DNA from: Eledone cirrhosa
Lineage: Eukaryota
Assembly: GCA_964016885.1 (NCBI GenBank)
Contig: OZ024746.1
Location: forward strand, 31,620,001-31,684,000
DNA length: 64,000 nt
Direction: 5' to 3'
Below, piece after piece: positions 36,492 to 49,244 of the stretch. How positions within the stretch are numbered: the first letter of the stretch is position 1; each line of letters opens with the position of its first letter. A program made the position numbers and the translations under genes. Under the pieces are notes generated by a model. It saw nothing but the letters and a program-made list of their open reading frames with translations. It was not told the DNA's origin and did not search any database.

Positions 36492-37627
36492 ATGGTAGGA
36501 ATGGAGTTTAGTGAGGAATTCCAGATACAAGTAGGAGTACATCAGGGTTCGGTCCTCAGCCCGCTCTTGTTCATTATAGTCCCCCAAGCCATAACAGAGG
36601 AGTTTAAGACTGGCTGTCCATGGGAACTTCTCTATGCTGATGATCTGGTTCTTATAGCAGAATCAGTAGAGGAGCTAGAGAATAAATTCTGGCTATGGAA
36701 ACAGCAGTTGGAAGCAAGAGGGCTGAGAGTGAACCTAGCTAAGACAAAAGTGTTGATGAGTAGAAAAGAGGACAAAACCCTGATTCCGTCAGGGAAATGG
36801 CCATGTTCGATATGCAGAAAAGGAACTGGCATAAATTCTATAAAATGCACACAATGCAGATCCTGGGTACACAAGAGATGTAGCGGGATAGCAGGCAAAC
36901 TAACAGGTAGGGAGAAATATGTATGCAGTAGATGTACAGGGAAAGTAGACAGTAGAAGTCGCATTGATAGACACATTTTTCAAATGCAGGAGGGCGCTAT
37001 AGAAGTGGTGGATAGCTTCCGGTACCTAGGAGATCAGATTAGCATGGAAGGAGGGTGTTCCGAGGCCATAGTATCTAGAATAAGGATGGGTTGGAAGAAG
37101 TTTAGGGAACTGCTTCCTCTACTGACGAAGAAGGGTTTCTCCCTACGTACGAAAGGCCGGTTGTATGATGCCTGTGTGAGGAGCGCGATGCTGCATGGTA
37201 GTGAGACATGGGCAGCAACTGCAGAGGATATGCGACGGCTGGAGAGAAATGAAGCAAGCATGCTCCGTTGGATGTGCAGTGTAAATGTGCGTGAACGACC
37301 CAGCATAAATGTGTTGAGAGAGAAACTGTGTCTGAGAGGGATAGAATGTAGTGTACGGGAGAGGAGACTGAGGTGGTATGGACATGTGATGCGCATGGAG
37401 GATGACCGATGGGTGAAGAAGTGCCAGGAAATGCCAGTTGAGGGAAGACGTGGTAGAGGTAGACCACGAAAAACATGGGCGGAGGTGGTGAGAACAGACC
37501 TCAGATCATTGAAGCTCACGGTGGAGATGACGAAGGACCGTGACGAGTGGAGAGATGCTGTGCTGAATAAGACCTGTCCCACCCTTGCAAGCAGGGAAAA
37601 GCGGACGTAAAATGAGGATGATGATGA
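36492..37627 (+). mobile_element. 5'-truncated young RTE LINE (family A) inserted in a (TA)n tract
   Basis: Uninterrupted 372-aa frame GVHQGSVLSP..LYADD..PHD-like..FRYLG..GRPRKTW; absent from the source arm at ~28790. Confidence 0.95.
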
Positions 37628-38712
37628 AATGAAATATACATATATATATATATAAAATTATTCCAAGTAATTATAATATTGATTACATCAAAATTATATG
37701 ATGTTCTTACCACTAACTAAAAATATGCAGGTTCTGATTTTTGTATTAAACAATGCAGCTTTACTCAATTGCATATTACTCAGAAGTATTTCTAAATATA
37801 TCTTTAATAGAGCTGACATATTTTATTTTCTGTGTCATCATTATTTCTTTCGTCTGTGTAGATTAAATAAACCAAGATCATCATCATCATCATCGTCATT
37901 TAAATAAATGGTGTCACTAGATATACATATCTAATGCCTTTGTTTACCTACTAAGAAGAACTGACAGTTGCCGTATAATATTTTGTATGTCAATATAATA
38001 CTGCAAACTAGACAAACTCCCCTAGACAAATAATGTTATCAATTCTAATTATCATAATAAGTAAGTAAAATTATATTTCTGAAAAAATTTATGCATAGGT
38101 AAAAAACAAAACAAAGCAAGAATATATATTTTAATTAGTGGTTTTCCTACCACTAATTAAAAATATATTTCTGAAGTAATTTATTCATAGGTAAAAAAGA
38201 AATAGGTGAAAAAGGCTTAAAACAATGAATAGCCAATGAAGTTGTTTTAGATAAAACATGAAGTAGTTATAATATTTTTACTTCAAAAGTATGCATCATC
38301 ATCATCATCATCATCATCGTTTAACGTCCATTTTCCACGCTAGCATGGGTCTGGACGGGAATTGTCTGTGCCACTTGAGGCAAGATTGGTTGTCTTGCTC
38401 AGGACTGTCTGGCGGGTTTTCTACGGCTGGATGCTCTTCCTAACACCAACCACGTTTACAGTGTGGACTGGGAGGTTTTTACCGTGTTACCTACACGCAT
38501 GTATATATAAACTCTTAACTTCTGGTGGAGTCAAGTATAGAATTGTGGTACTGAGAAGGACCCATCCAACCCATGCAAGCATGGAAGAAACAGAAAATGA
38601 TGATGATGATGATGATGATGATGATTGTGCATATTTGAATAAATTTTTTCAGTACCTTTGATAAGACTTATTGCACTGAATTAGTTCAAGATTGTATTAT
38701 TACCAAGATAAG

Positions 38713-38902
38713 GGCGGTGGATTGGCAGTATCGGTAGAGGGTCGGACGCCATGCTTTCTAGCATAGTTACGTCCCTTTCCATTCTGCGTTCAAATCCCGC
38801 CGAGGTTAACTTTGCCTTTCATCCTCACGGGGTCGATAAAATAAAGTACCAGTAATGCACTGGATAATTGCTGGCCTTGTGCCTAAAGTAGAAACAATTA
38901 TT
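38713..38902 (+). mobile_element. tRNA-derived SINE (family 1) with 17-bp TSD
   Basis: TSD ATTATTACCAAGATAAG at 38696-38712 and 38897-38913. Confidence 0.95.
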
Positions 38903-39414
38903 ACCAAGATAAGACAACACCACAAATCATATCTTTATCATACCATAAGTAGATACAAAGTCATGTATTTTAGATAAATAAGTATTTAGATGCATGTGCA
39001 TTGCTATGGAGTTAAGTTCACTCCTACTGCATGAAACCTTCAACAAGTGTCTTCTACTACAACCTTGGGTTGACCAATGATGTGTGAGTGAAATTTGGTT
39101 GACTGAAACTGCAGAAGTCCATCATTATGTATAGATGTGTATTTGTTTCTGTGTTTAATGTTCTGCAACCTAGCAGTTGGACAAAAAGAGTCTGATAAAA
39201 TGTGTATCAGACTTGAGAAAATAAGTAGTGGAATCAATATAATTAAAATCCCTTCAAAGTGGTGCCCCAGCATGGTCACAACCTAATGACTGAAACCAAT
39301 AAACCAGTAAAAAACATATAAGGAAAAAGTTGTAAAAAAATAAATGTAAACATCATGTGATTTAGGGAGAGGGAGGGGGCCATATACATGAAATCCAATA
39401 ACACACTGAACATA

Positions 39415-39595
39415 TAATATTGTTTCTAAGATAGGCACAAGGCCAGCAATTTTGGAGGAGGGGAGAGTCAATTAAATTAACCCAATAGTTTAATGGTATT
39501 TTATATTATTGACCCCAGAAGGATGAAAGGTAAAGCTGACCTCATTGGGATTTGAATTCAAAACATAAACAGCCGAAAGTAAATGCTACAAAATA
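39415..39595 (-). mobile_element. tRNA-derived SINE (family 1), older copy
   Basis: GGCACAAGGCCAGCAATT...GGATGAAAGG...GGATTTGAA. Confidence 0.75.
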
Positions 39596-39971
39596 CGCTA
39601 CCCCACTTTAGACTTACCTCTCCAACCTCCACTTTCCACATCTGATGCTTCACTCTTGACCAACCCATGTATATAAGTATGGAAATTCCATACTCTCCCC
39701 ACATCTTAATCACTTCACCCCTCACCAGCTCAGTAACCCACCCTAACCTAGACCTACCTCTCCAGCCCCCACTCTACAGACACTCTCCCACCCCGGTAAG
39801 ACATGACAATAATGGCCCAGCCCACCTTGTAAAGTGGTCATGTTGGCGACATGACAAAAGCGCCCAGTCCAGACTGTAAAGTGGTCATGTTGGTGACATG
39901 ATAAAAAGTTAATGTGCAATGTGATATTGTAATAGTAATTCTCTTTCAACAGACTATTAGTTAGTGTGGAT

Positions 39972-40139
39972 ATAATTGTTTCTACTTTAGGCACAAGGCC
40001 AGCAATTACCCAGTGCCTTACTGGTACTTTATTTTATCGACCCCGTAAGGATGAAAGGCAAAGTCAACCTCGGCGGGATTTGAACTCAGATCGTAAAGGG
40101 ACGTAACTATGCTGGAAAGCATGGCGTCCGACCCTCACC
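39972..40139 (-). mobile_element. tRNA-derived SINE (family 1), 5'-truncated, 14-bp TSD
   Basis: TSD AGTGTGGATATAAT at 39963-39976 and 40140-40153. Confidence 0.93.
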
Positions 40140-41361
40140 AGTGTGGATATAATGTGTTTACATTTTTTGTGTGGATAGATGTCAGAGAGGAATAGGATCA
40201 TGGAGGATCTAGCATGTCTGGTGAGGGGGCCACTTGTGTGGTGTGGGCTTCCATAATTGTCCATAATTGAGCAAAGATCTTTTTGGAATTCACTGGGGTA
40301 TTCACGCTTGTTTTCATGATCTCCAAGAAATGTGTGAGGGTAAGAGAATAAAAGTGGAAGGCATCCTCAAACCAGAGACTCTACCCAAATGCTTGTAACA
40401 GACGACTTTGCTAAAGGCACTCAACGAGCAGGTAATGGTGTTATATTAGGTAATGGATTAAGTCTACTACCCAGTAGATTAAGTTTAGCACCCGTGACTA
40501 ATAAAGAAATCGTTATTATTTTACTGTTGATTGAAGAATGTATTCAATAGAAGAATTAGAAACAAATTTGCACGTTCAAGGGACATAACCGCGGCAATAT
40601 TTATCAACTGATATGGATAAAATAGAATTGTTTATTTTTTTTCTTGAGGGGTGGGGGAAGGGGGTATTTTTCTATCAGCACATTAACGTAAAATAATATA
40701 TGAAAATATATGGTTAATGTGAATAAAAGAAGATTAAAAAAATTGATTGTCAATTCAAATTAAAAAAATTAAAATTAAGTAGTACGGAGGAGGAGACACA
40801 ATATAAATAACAAAATATATTCTGTAATTCATACAAATCTAGTTCATAATGTAGGAAACTACGTATGATAAGAATCATGGCAATAATCTTATCAAATAGT
40901 TTAGCTATTTTGATACCAAACTACACCTAGCTCTATAATATAGTCTTGTTTATATCTATCTAAAAATCTTTGCATCATAATTCTATCTAAGAACTTTTGT
41001 TTAGTGATGTTCCAAACAGCTGTTTGAAGAGGGTTAGTTATATTACTAAATCCCTCTAAATACTTGATTATTTAAAAAATTACTTGAAAATCATTGGTAG
41101 TGTTATTCATAAGAAATATTATAACGGGAATTAACCATTGATGACTAAAGATTATGGTAATTGGAGTTATTTACCTTGGATTTGTAACTAATTCACGGTT
41201 AAATTCTGTGACAAAAATTGTTTAGCTTAAATCAGGAATCTCCATAGGGGTCGATATCGAATCTGTGGGTTCGATGAGACTACGCAAGGGGTTGATTGAA
41301 CTTTTCTGCCAAAAGCCGGATATTTATATAAGAAATGGAAATATGTCTAATACTACAGTAA

Positions 41362-41579
41362 AATGATTTCTAGTATAGGCACAAGGCCAGTAATTTTGGG
41401 GGAGGGGAAAGTCGATTAAATCGACCCCAGTACGTTACTAGTGCTTTATTTTATCGACTCCGTAAGGATCAAAGGCAAAGTTAACCTGGGCGGGATTTGA
41501 ACTCAGACTGTAAAGGACCGTAACTCTATGCTGCAAAGCATGATTCCCGACTCTACCGATACTGCTAATCCACCGCCCT
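41362..41579 (-). mobile_element. tRNA-derived SINE (family 1, long variant) with TSD
   Basis: TAATACTACA(G/A)TAAAAT at 41348-41364 and 41580-41596. Confidence 0.9.
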
Positions 41580-42186
41580 TAATACTACAATAAAATACAA
41601 ATTGTTTATGCAAGTTTCTGATTTATATGTACCTAGTCTTATAACCAGTCTGTACACAATTTAATAACGTCACTAATAACAACAAGAGTAAAAGAAATGA
41701 TTATATGTAAAATTATTTTAACAGAATGAGAAATATTTATCGAATAAGAATATACTATAAATAAAAAAAAAAAAATTAACCTTTCTGGTCTTCAGGAAGA
41801 GCAATTTACACAGAAGCAGAGAACAAGTCCCCGTAGAAATTTCAACTGTTGCGTATTACACATGTACATAATAGCCTTCAGCAAACAAGATAGAAAGAAT
41901 TATTTAAGAATCATGTTTGTCAATTATAAAAACAAACAAGGTTTTCAAGTTGACCCTTTTCTTACCATATTTCAAATGAAAGAATAATTTCGAAAGTAAT
42001 CAATAAATTAGAAGGACTTAACAATATAACTAACTTCCTCATTACTAAGCTGTTTGGGATGTAGCTTAACAAAGGTTCTTAAATACAATTACGATGCAAG
42101 GTTCTAAGGTAAATACTTTAAAAGAAAGTTTTGTAGAACCACGGTTGGTTTCCCGTGGTTTGGTATTATTTGAATAGAATTATAGA

Positions 42187-42377
42187 GGGCGGTGGATTGG
42201 CAGTATCGGTAGAGGGTCGGACGCCATGCTTTCCAGCATAGTTACGTCCCTTTATGATCTGAGTTCAAATCCCGCCGAGGTTGACTTTGCCTTTCATCCT
42301 TACGGGGTTGATAAAATAAAGTACCAGTAATGCACTGGATAATTGCTGGCCTTGTGCCTAAAGTAGAAACAATTATT
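42187..42377 (+). mobile_element. tRNA-derived SINE (family 1) with 19-bp TSD
   Basis: TSD ATTATTTGAATAGAATTAT at 42165-42183 and 42372-42390. Confidence 0.95.
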
Positions 42378-42989
42378 TGAATAGAATTATGAAGGAAGGT
42401 TTTCAGATAAATATAAACACTTAAAAACAAGTAGCTTTGTATCGTAGAATTAGAGGCAGTTTTTGGCTCGTTTCGAATCAAAAAGGTTATGAGACTGCCA
42501 TTACAACAAATTATTACTGACAAAAGCTAAAAGAACACTGACCTTTAAAACAGTAACAGAAATGTCATCAGTCAGTTTACTCAAATTATCATTAGTTTCT
42601 TAATTAAGTTGCAGACTCGATCCATAGTCTTCCAAAGGAAATTATGCTAAATAATTAGACGCTTTATCTACTTCCTCTACTAACGGATGTCTTTGGTTAG
42701 TTAAGAAAAACTAAAGTGGCATAATGATTTTATTTCATAATTTGTACTGGGTGTAAATCATAAAAAAAAGTAATAAAACAAATATTTTGGGTCACCTTCC
42801 CTGTTAAAGCAGACCCTGTGACACGTTTTATGCTCGTCATCCAATACAATGTATCCTCTGGTTAATTTTACTTCAATATAAAGAAAGTTTCTAGGACATT
42901 GCATTGTCATTTACACTATGGAATTAGTGAAGGATTCTAGGACTTTGCCCTCGTTTTTACACACTGTACTGCAAATTTTAAACTAACTC

Positions 42990-43510
42990 ATAAACTAATT
43001 CACATATCTTCTAACACAATAAAGACAAAGCTTTTCTGTATGGCCTGGATTTGGTTAGAACTTTCCATTAAATGGAGAACTTCACATCTGCATCCTTGAG
43101 TGACCATTTGTGACTTGACAGCTTTGTTGACAATCGCTTATCAGTGTGTCAAAAGGTCGACTGGTGATTAAGGAAGCGTTCTTTAAACCGGCTCTCCGAC
43201 ATTACTACGTATGTTTTGACCTTCTGCTGTTGATTCGGTCGAGTGGATGTAACTTCAGCCTCCTAGATGACTGTGGGTGTGTCACACTATTGTTGAAGAG
43301 GGCAAGATTCTGGCCTTCTGGAAGAGTATCCAGGTGGAGGAGCTCTTGGGGTTGGTGGTGATGTGGGCTTTCATATTTATAGCACAGGAATATCCGAGTT
43401 TCACCCTGTGTCTATTAAAGATAGGTCTGTATTTATGACCTATAGGGAAGTGCTTGTCTAGGAGTGCCAAGAATTTCCAGCCGACATTAGTTCTAATTCT
43501 AAGCGCAGAA
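42990..43510 (-). mobile_element. Decayed Penelope-like element (second family; GIY-YIG region)
   Basis: LLDKHFPIGHKYRPIFNRHRVKLGYSC and SRFKERFLNHQSTF*...TKLSSHKW, typical of invertebrate PLE C-termini. Confidence 0.7.
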
Positions 43511-43599
43511 CCAAATTATTTTTTCTTTCTCTTTTTCTTTCAGTTGGTAGTGTGATTAGGAGGGGAGTTAGAAATTTTATCGGAAAACAACATATATAT

Positions 43600-45193
43600 A
43601 TGTTAGCTTTTTCCTCGTTATCGAGTATGGCCATCACACATATCTTAAAAAAAAAAAATGTATCGGTGCTGCGATCGAATTTAGCTTTTTAGCCCGGCTA
43701 ATGATTTAAAGTGTCTTGCACAGAGTCAGCAAGTATTATAAAAACGTTAATTGGTAATAGCAATCTGTGGTTGCTTGACTTTCGCATGTCATTTAACCCC
43801 TCCTGCTGATCTACACTCTTTTCCACATGCTTGACAGGTATCATGAGCAACATCTCCAAGAGCAGCCTGGTAATCAATCACTGGTCTCACTGTGTGATTG
43901 TGAAGGTGACTTTTAAGTCCAGCTTTGCTGAGGCTGAGCCTTCTACAGACGTTGCATGTCAGCTCCGTAGGATCACCTTTGCTATTTGGAAATGCAACAG
44001 TAAAACTGTTCTTGACATCCCTTTTCAGTTTTCCGTTTGTAATTTGAGATACCCCCAAAGCAACTTTATCCTCTTGCATTGTCTTTCTCTATTTGCTGCA
44101 ACCAGCAGCTTTGCTTTCCCATGTATCAACAGAGATTTCAAAGAAGCTTTCAACGAATCCTTATAGCTCTTTTTTGGTTTATGTGGAGGAATTTTTCCTT
44201 TAACGAACTCTCCATAAAATAGTTGTTTTTGGTAGTATAGAATCCTCTATCCTGGCAAGATGACCACTCCATCGAAGTCTTAATTTAAGCACGAGAGCTT
44301 CTATGCTTTCACAGTAATCACAGTGAGACTTTTCCAAAATCTCAACATCACTGATGTGGTTCCTCCAGTGAATCTCAAGGATATGCCTGACACACACTTG
44401 TTCCAATTGTTTAAGATGGTGCCGATATATGACCTAGATCTCGTAGGCGCAAAGAAGAGAAGAGAGCACACATATATTGTACACTTTTACCTTTGTTTTC
44501 TTGCATATGTTTTGCTGACCTCAGAAGCGTCTTTCCAGCTTTCCAAAAGCATCACTTGCTTTCTGAATCCTGTGTGGAATTTCACTATCAAGATTGTAGT
44601 ATCGACTGACGCACTGATCAGGGGAAAGGATAACAAGGATGATTGTGGCAACTATCGAGGTATATCATTGCTTTCTGTTGTAAAGTTTTATGTAGGGTGC
44701 TTCTAGACCGTCTGCTGACGCACATTGCTGATTGCGTTCTTTCTGAAAGTCAATCTGGTTTTGGTGCTGGATATGATACTACTGACATGATCTTTTCAGC
44801 TAGACAGCTTCAGAAGTGCGTTGAAGAAGGTTTAGACCTGTATCAGATTTTCGTCGATCTGACAAAAGCATTTGACACTGTTAATAGGGATGCGTTGTGG
44901 AAGGGTCTCCAGAAGCTTGATTGCTCTGATAAGTTCCTTGTTATAATTAGGTCATTCCATGAGGGCTTGGGTTAATGCTGAAGGTAACATATCAGAACTT
45001 ATCTCAGTGAATAACGCAGTGAAGCAAGAGAATATTCCAGCACCGACCCTATTTGCCGTATACTTTGCGATGGTTTTCTATATTGCATTAAAAAATTGCA
45101 AGCATGGTGTTTCCATCCGCTATCGAACCTTTGGTAACATATTTAACATCAGGCGTTTTGCTGCAAAAAAAATATTTACCTCTCTCATAAGAG
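43600..45193 (-). mobile_element. Decayed RTE (BovB-like) LINE with an inverted 5' segment
   Basis: 3' half on - (43600-44612: EI.HRIQKA, RLRWSGHLAR, two terminal zinc fingers); upstream RT part on + (44620-45193: NYRGISLLS, SQSGF, FVDLTKAFDTVNR). Confidence 0.82.
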
Positions 45194-46094
45194 ACATACA
45201 TACATACATAATACATACATACATACATGCATGCATGCATGCATACATACATGTGTGTGTGTGTGTGTGTGTGGATGTGCATGCGCGCGCGCGTGTGTGT
45301 GTATGTGTGTGTATGTGTGTGTGTGGTTTTTAGGAAAGCTGGAATGATGCAATATGAGTGGAAACAAGAATGAAGCAAGACAAAACAACACCGTCTTGCT
45401 TCCAAATTTCTTTACAATATAAAAATCAATGAAAATGTACTCATTGGAATTATGACGAGATACACAAATAGAATTTGTATCAAAAGGAATTTTATAAAAA
45501 ATCCCGTTTTGGTGATCTTTATTGCCAGGATGAAGCAGATGTGTCTAGTAATTCATAAAGTTTCTTATTTCTTTAATCCAATACATTTTTATTGAAAAGT
45601 TTGCTGTTATTTATTTACAGAGATATTAAAATACTATGTTTCAAACAATCTACAAATACAATAATAGATCTATTCGAAATCGATACTCAAGCCAGAAGTA
45701 ATAAAGCTGTTCTTGTTTTCGATTGAATAAGATTGTTGCAATGTTTGACTTGATTTAAAGGAAACGATTTTCGGTAGTTATTTCTTTGTATATCAGCATT
45801 AATAGACCACACGGAACCGACCCGCAGACAATGTATTATATTTCCTTGTTTTTTTTTTTTTATCACAATTCCGTTGTTGTTTTTGCTGACATAAAAAAAG
45901 AAAAATCCTCAACCCACCCTAACCGTTTAAACACATTTTCACACGTTTTTACACAGTTTCAATATATGGTTAGTTTGATTATTTTTCTGTGTGAGCGTAG
46001 AGAATAAATACGTTAACCTATGTGTTTTTCTTTAACCCATCTACATTTATTGATAATAGGTTTTATTCAATGGTTAAGTGATAAAATACTAACT

Positions 46095-46282
46095 AATTGT
46101 TTGTACACTGGCACAAGGCCAGCAATTAAATCAGTGTATTACTGTTGCTTTATTTTATCGACCCCGTAAGGATGAAAGGCAAAGTTAACCTCAGCGGGAT
46201 TTGAACTCAGACCATAAAGGACCGTAACTCTTTGCTTGCAAAGCATGGCGTCAAACCCTCTATCAATACTGCCAATCCACCA
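46095..46282 (-). mobile_element. tRNA-derived SINE (family 1)
   Basis: Reverse complement of the family-1 sequence. Confidence 0.88.
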
Positions 46283-48140
46283 TGTTTCCAATGGACACTG
46301 CCTCACTCTTATAAGAATCCCAAATAAATAAATTTGTACAAATAATAATTGTTAAATTCTCGGCAGAGTTGTTCCACTAGAGAATGAATCACAGGTGGCA
46401 GATAATGATACGGCTACCAGATATGATGGTTAGTTGCAATATAAGCGGGCAGCTGTTGGATGAATAAGTAACCCTGGACCCACAGCAGTAAACAACTAGA
46501 GGAGAGCGAGCAATGTGTGACACCTGCAGATGCCAAGAAAATGTTCACAACCCTGTGATGTAGCTATAATGAGGCGAGTAAAGGCTGCCTCTAAAAAAGC
46601 CTAATCTTTGCGGGTTTGAGAAAGTACCAGATTGATGATTGGTGTGAATAAAATCACCAAAACTGCAATACGGTGGGAGGTAAGAAAAAAAATCATATCA
46701 CATCTTTCATGCGGGTTAACAAAGGACGTGTTCAGGCCTTAGGTAGAGGTGCCTGTTCGAAAAATATATTGCAGTCTCCATTTCATGTTATAAAAATTGA
46801 TCATAGGCCTATGGCCTATCCTGAGAGGTGTGGGATGGACACACAAAGATTGCATATCCCGAGACCCCAAAGAGGGTTTGGAAGAAAGCTGTCATATTAC
46901 GTAGCTTTTGTATTATAAAAAAACTATTATTACCTGCAACAACTACGACTCCATTGCATTAGAATCTACACCGACTGGACCTAAACCCCAGAAACACTGT
47001 TTATTTTAATCTAAAACGGTCTCCTGTTTAATGAACAATCATCCATTAACCAAATTCAAACACTATCCCGAAGAACATGAAATTATAAATTTGAATTAAA
47101 GGCATAAAACATAATTTACTATTAAAAGGATTAATAAGAGAGCCAAACACGGAATCCTGAAAAAGAAATTTACAATATGAGCATTGAAATCTCCACAAAC
47201 CAGCTGGAAGTTATGCTGAGGAACTGTTGAGATGTGTTCAGATAACTCGTCATAAAATTGTAGCATTTCATTACCACTGTACCCACTATGAGGAGAGTAA
47301 CATGATATGATAGTGAGTTTTAGAGTTGCATTTAAATGTTGCAGTCACAATGCAGTCATGTATCTTTTGAACTGATATCAAGAGATTGAGTATGACAGTT
47401 TTTATAACAATCCCATCACCACTGACCATTGAATTATTCAATGTTTTTCAAGCAGAGGCCGTGAACCATGTGTTGGAGCCAGTATCTTGTGTTATTATAT
47501 CAGGATCATTTTCTTTGTCAATATCTGTTCTTTAATAGCAAGTACAGATATGTTATAATCATGAAGGTGTTTGTCTAGCTCCTTGCATGATGACAATGTG
47601 TTGAGTGTACGACAGTTATGCTGTGAGAAAAGTACATAACAAGATGGTTTCTTCATGATCCACTGAAATGTCACTCCAATTCTTCTGGTTGGGTGACTGC
47701 TTCATTTTCTGTTCAGTATATTGTTCACCTGACATGAAACTAGCATGCTACTAGGTGCTGTACATAACTTGGATCCACTAATCTTCAGTACAATATCCAT
47801 TTATTTTTCTGAATGTCAACCACTTCTTTTTCATATCCAACGTCAATATTGACTTAAAGGCAAGTTTGTAAGATTTTAGCCCAAACTCATGAACCATCTA
47901 GCATGATAAGAATCCTATGACTCACTTCTGTACCTCTTGGAAGCAGTGTAGCTCTAGTTTTTTTCTACATGAATTTATTAGAGAGCATGATGCAATGTTT
48001 TTAATGATACAATCATCCCTAGGAGAAGGTTTTATGGGGTGATTAATGATGCAATCATGTCTATAGGTAGGTTTTCTAAGATGACTACTTTTCTTATCAG
48101 AATATGAGCCCTTAATTTGGTATATTTAAAGAACATTATT

Positions 48141-48332
48141 GGCGGTGGACTGGCAGTATTGGTAGAGTGTCGGATGCCATGCTTTGATGCATAGAGTTAC
48201 GGCCCTTGCCATTCTGAGTTCAAATCCCGCTGAGGTTAACTTTGCCTTTCATGCTTACGGGGTGGATAAAATAAAGTACCAGTAATACACTGGGTAATTG
48301 CTGGCCTTGTGCCTAACGTAGAAACAATTATT
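48141..48332 (+). mobile_element. tRNA-derived SINE (family 1)
   Basis: GGCGGTGGACTGGCAG...GAAACAATTATT; short TSD ATTATTG. Confidence 0.9.
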
Positions 48333-48632
48333 GACTGTTGCCTTGCTACAACACATTTTGACAGAAATCTCATGCTCTGAAGAACTTGCATTGTATAGAT
48401 CTACTCCTTGGGTTCATGCTCTGAAGAACTTGCATTTTCTAGATTTACTATTTGGGTTTACACTCTGAGTAACTTGTGTCATATAGAGCTGCTATTTGGG
48501 CTATTTGAATGTCAGAACATGACGTTTTGCCAATTTTTGAAGTATACACACTTGACAAGAAACACATAGCTTTTAAAGTATCAAAAACTTGTGCTACATT
48601 TATTTATATCTTGACATTATTGCCTTAGATGA

Positions 48633-48823
48633 GGGCGGTGGATTGTTAGTATTGGTAGAGGGTCGGACGCCATGCTTTCCAGCATAGTTACGTCCCTTTA
48701 CGATCTGAGTTCAAGTCCCGCCGAGATTGACTTTGCCTTTCATCCTTACGGGGTCGATAAAATAAAGTACCAGTAAGGCACTGGGTAATTGCTGGCCTTG
48801 TGCCTAAAGTAGAAACAATTATT
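48633..48823 (+). mobile_element. tRNA-derived SINE (family 1) with 15-bp TSD
   Basis: TSD ATTATTGCCTTAGAT at 48616-48630 and 48818-48832. Confidence 0.95.
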
Positions 48824-49244
48824 GCCTTAGATTGAAACTATTGCAAGTATTTTGCAAAGAACAAAGTGAATGAGACAACATTTTGCAATAATTGAGAAAT
48901 GTAAAATTTTTGTTAGGTGGTCATAAATTTTGGAAATTAGTGTATATTGATTGAAATCCAGGGATGACAGCTGGTCGACTACTTTTCCTCCCTTTTATCA
49001 CACTCACATCAGCGGTCAAAAGGATTTTCACCTTTGATGATAATGAGATAACACCATGAAACATTCAACCAGCTGTCTATCCGCCCCCCCCCCCCCCCCC
49101 CTCACTCTCTCTCTTTCTATATATATGTGTGATTGTGTGTGTGTGTGTGTTGTTGTTGTTGTTGTTGCCGTTTCTGATGGAACGTCATACTTTCAAGAAA
49201 GTAGAGTGCAGATATTATTTAAAGACATATATTTAAATCATATG

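Larger units (their letters stand above)
29868..38533 (-). repeat. Inverted, circularly permuted copy of 25594-29406, later invaded by Gypsy and RTE elements
   Basis: Read on - strand: 27901->~28790 [RTE] ->29406 | 25594->27075 | 27508->27936 | 27660->27787 [Gypsy] ->27901. Confidence 0.88.

Noticed and set aside
38713-38800. tRNA genes
   Set aside because: A/B-box-like heads are followed by SINE bodies, tails and TSDs; no complete cloverleaf was seen in any copy.
47200-47640. Possible LINE APE-domain remnant on - (NCRTLN...)
   Set aside because: Too degenerate to delimit or classify by eye.
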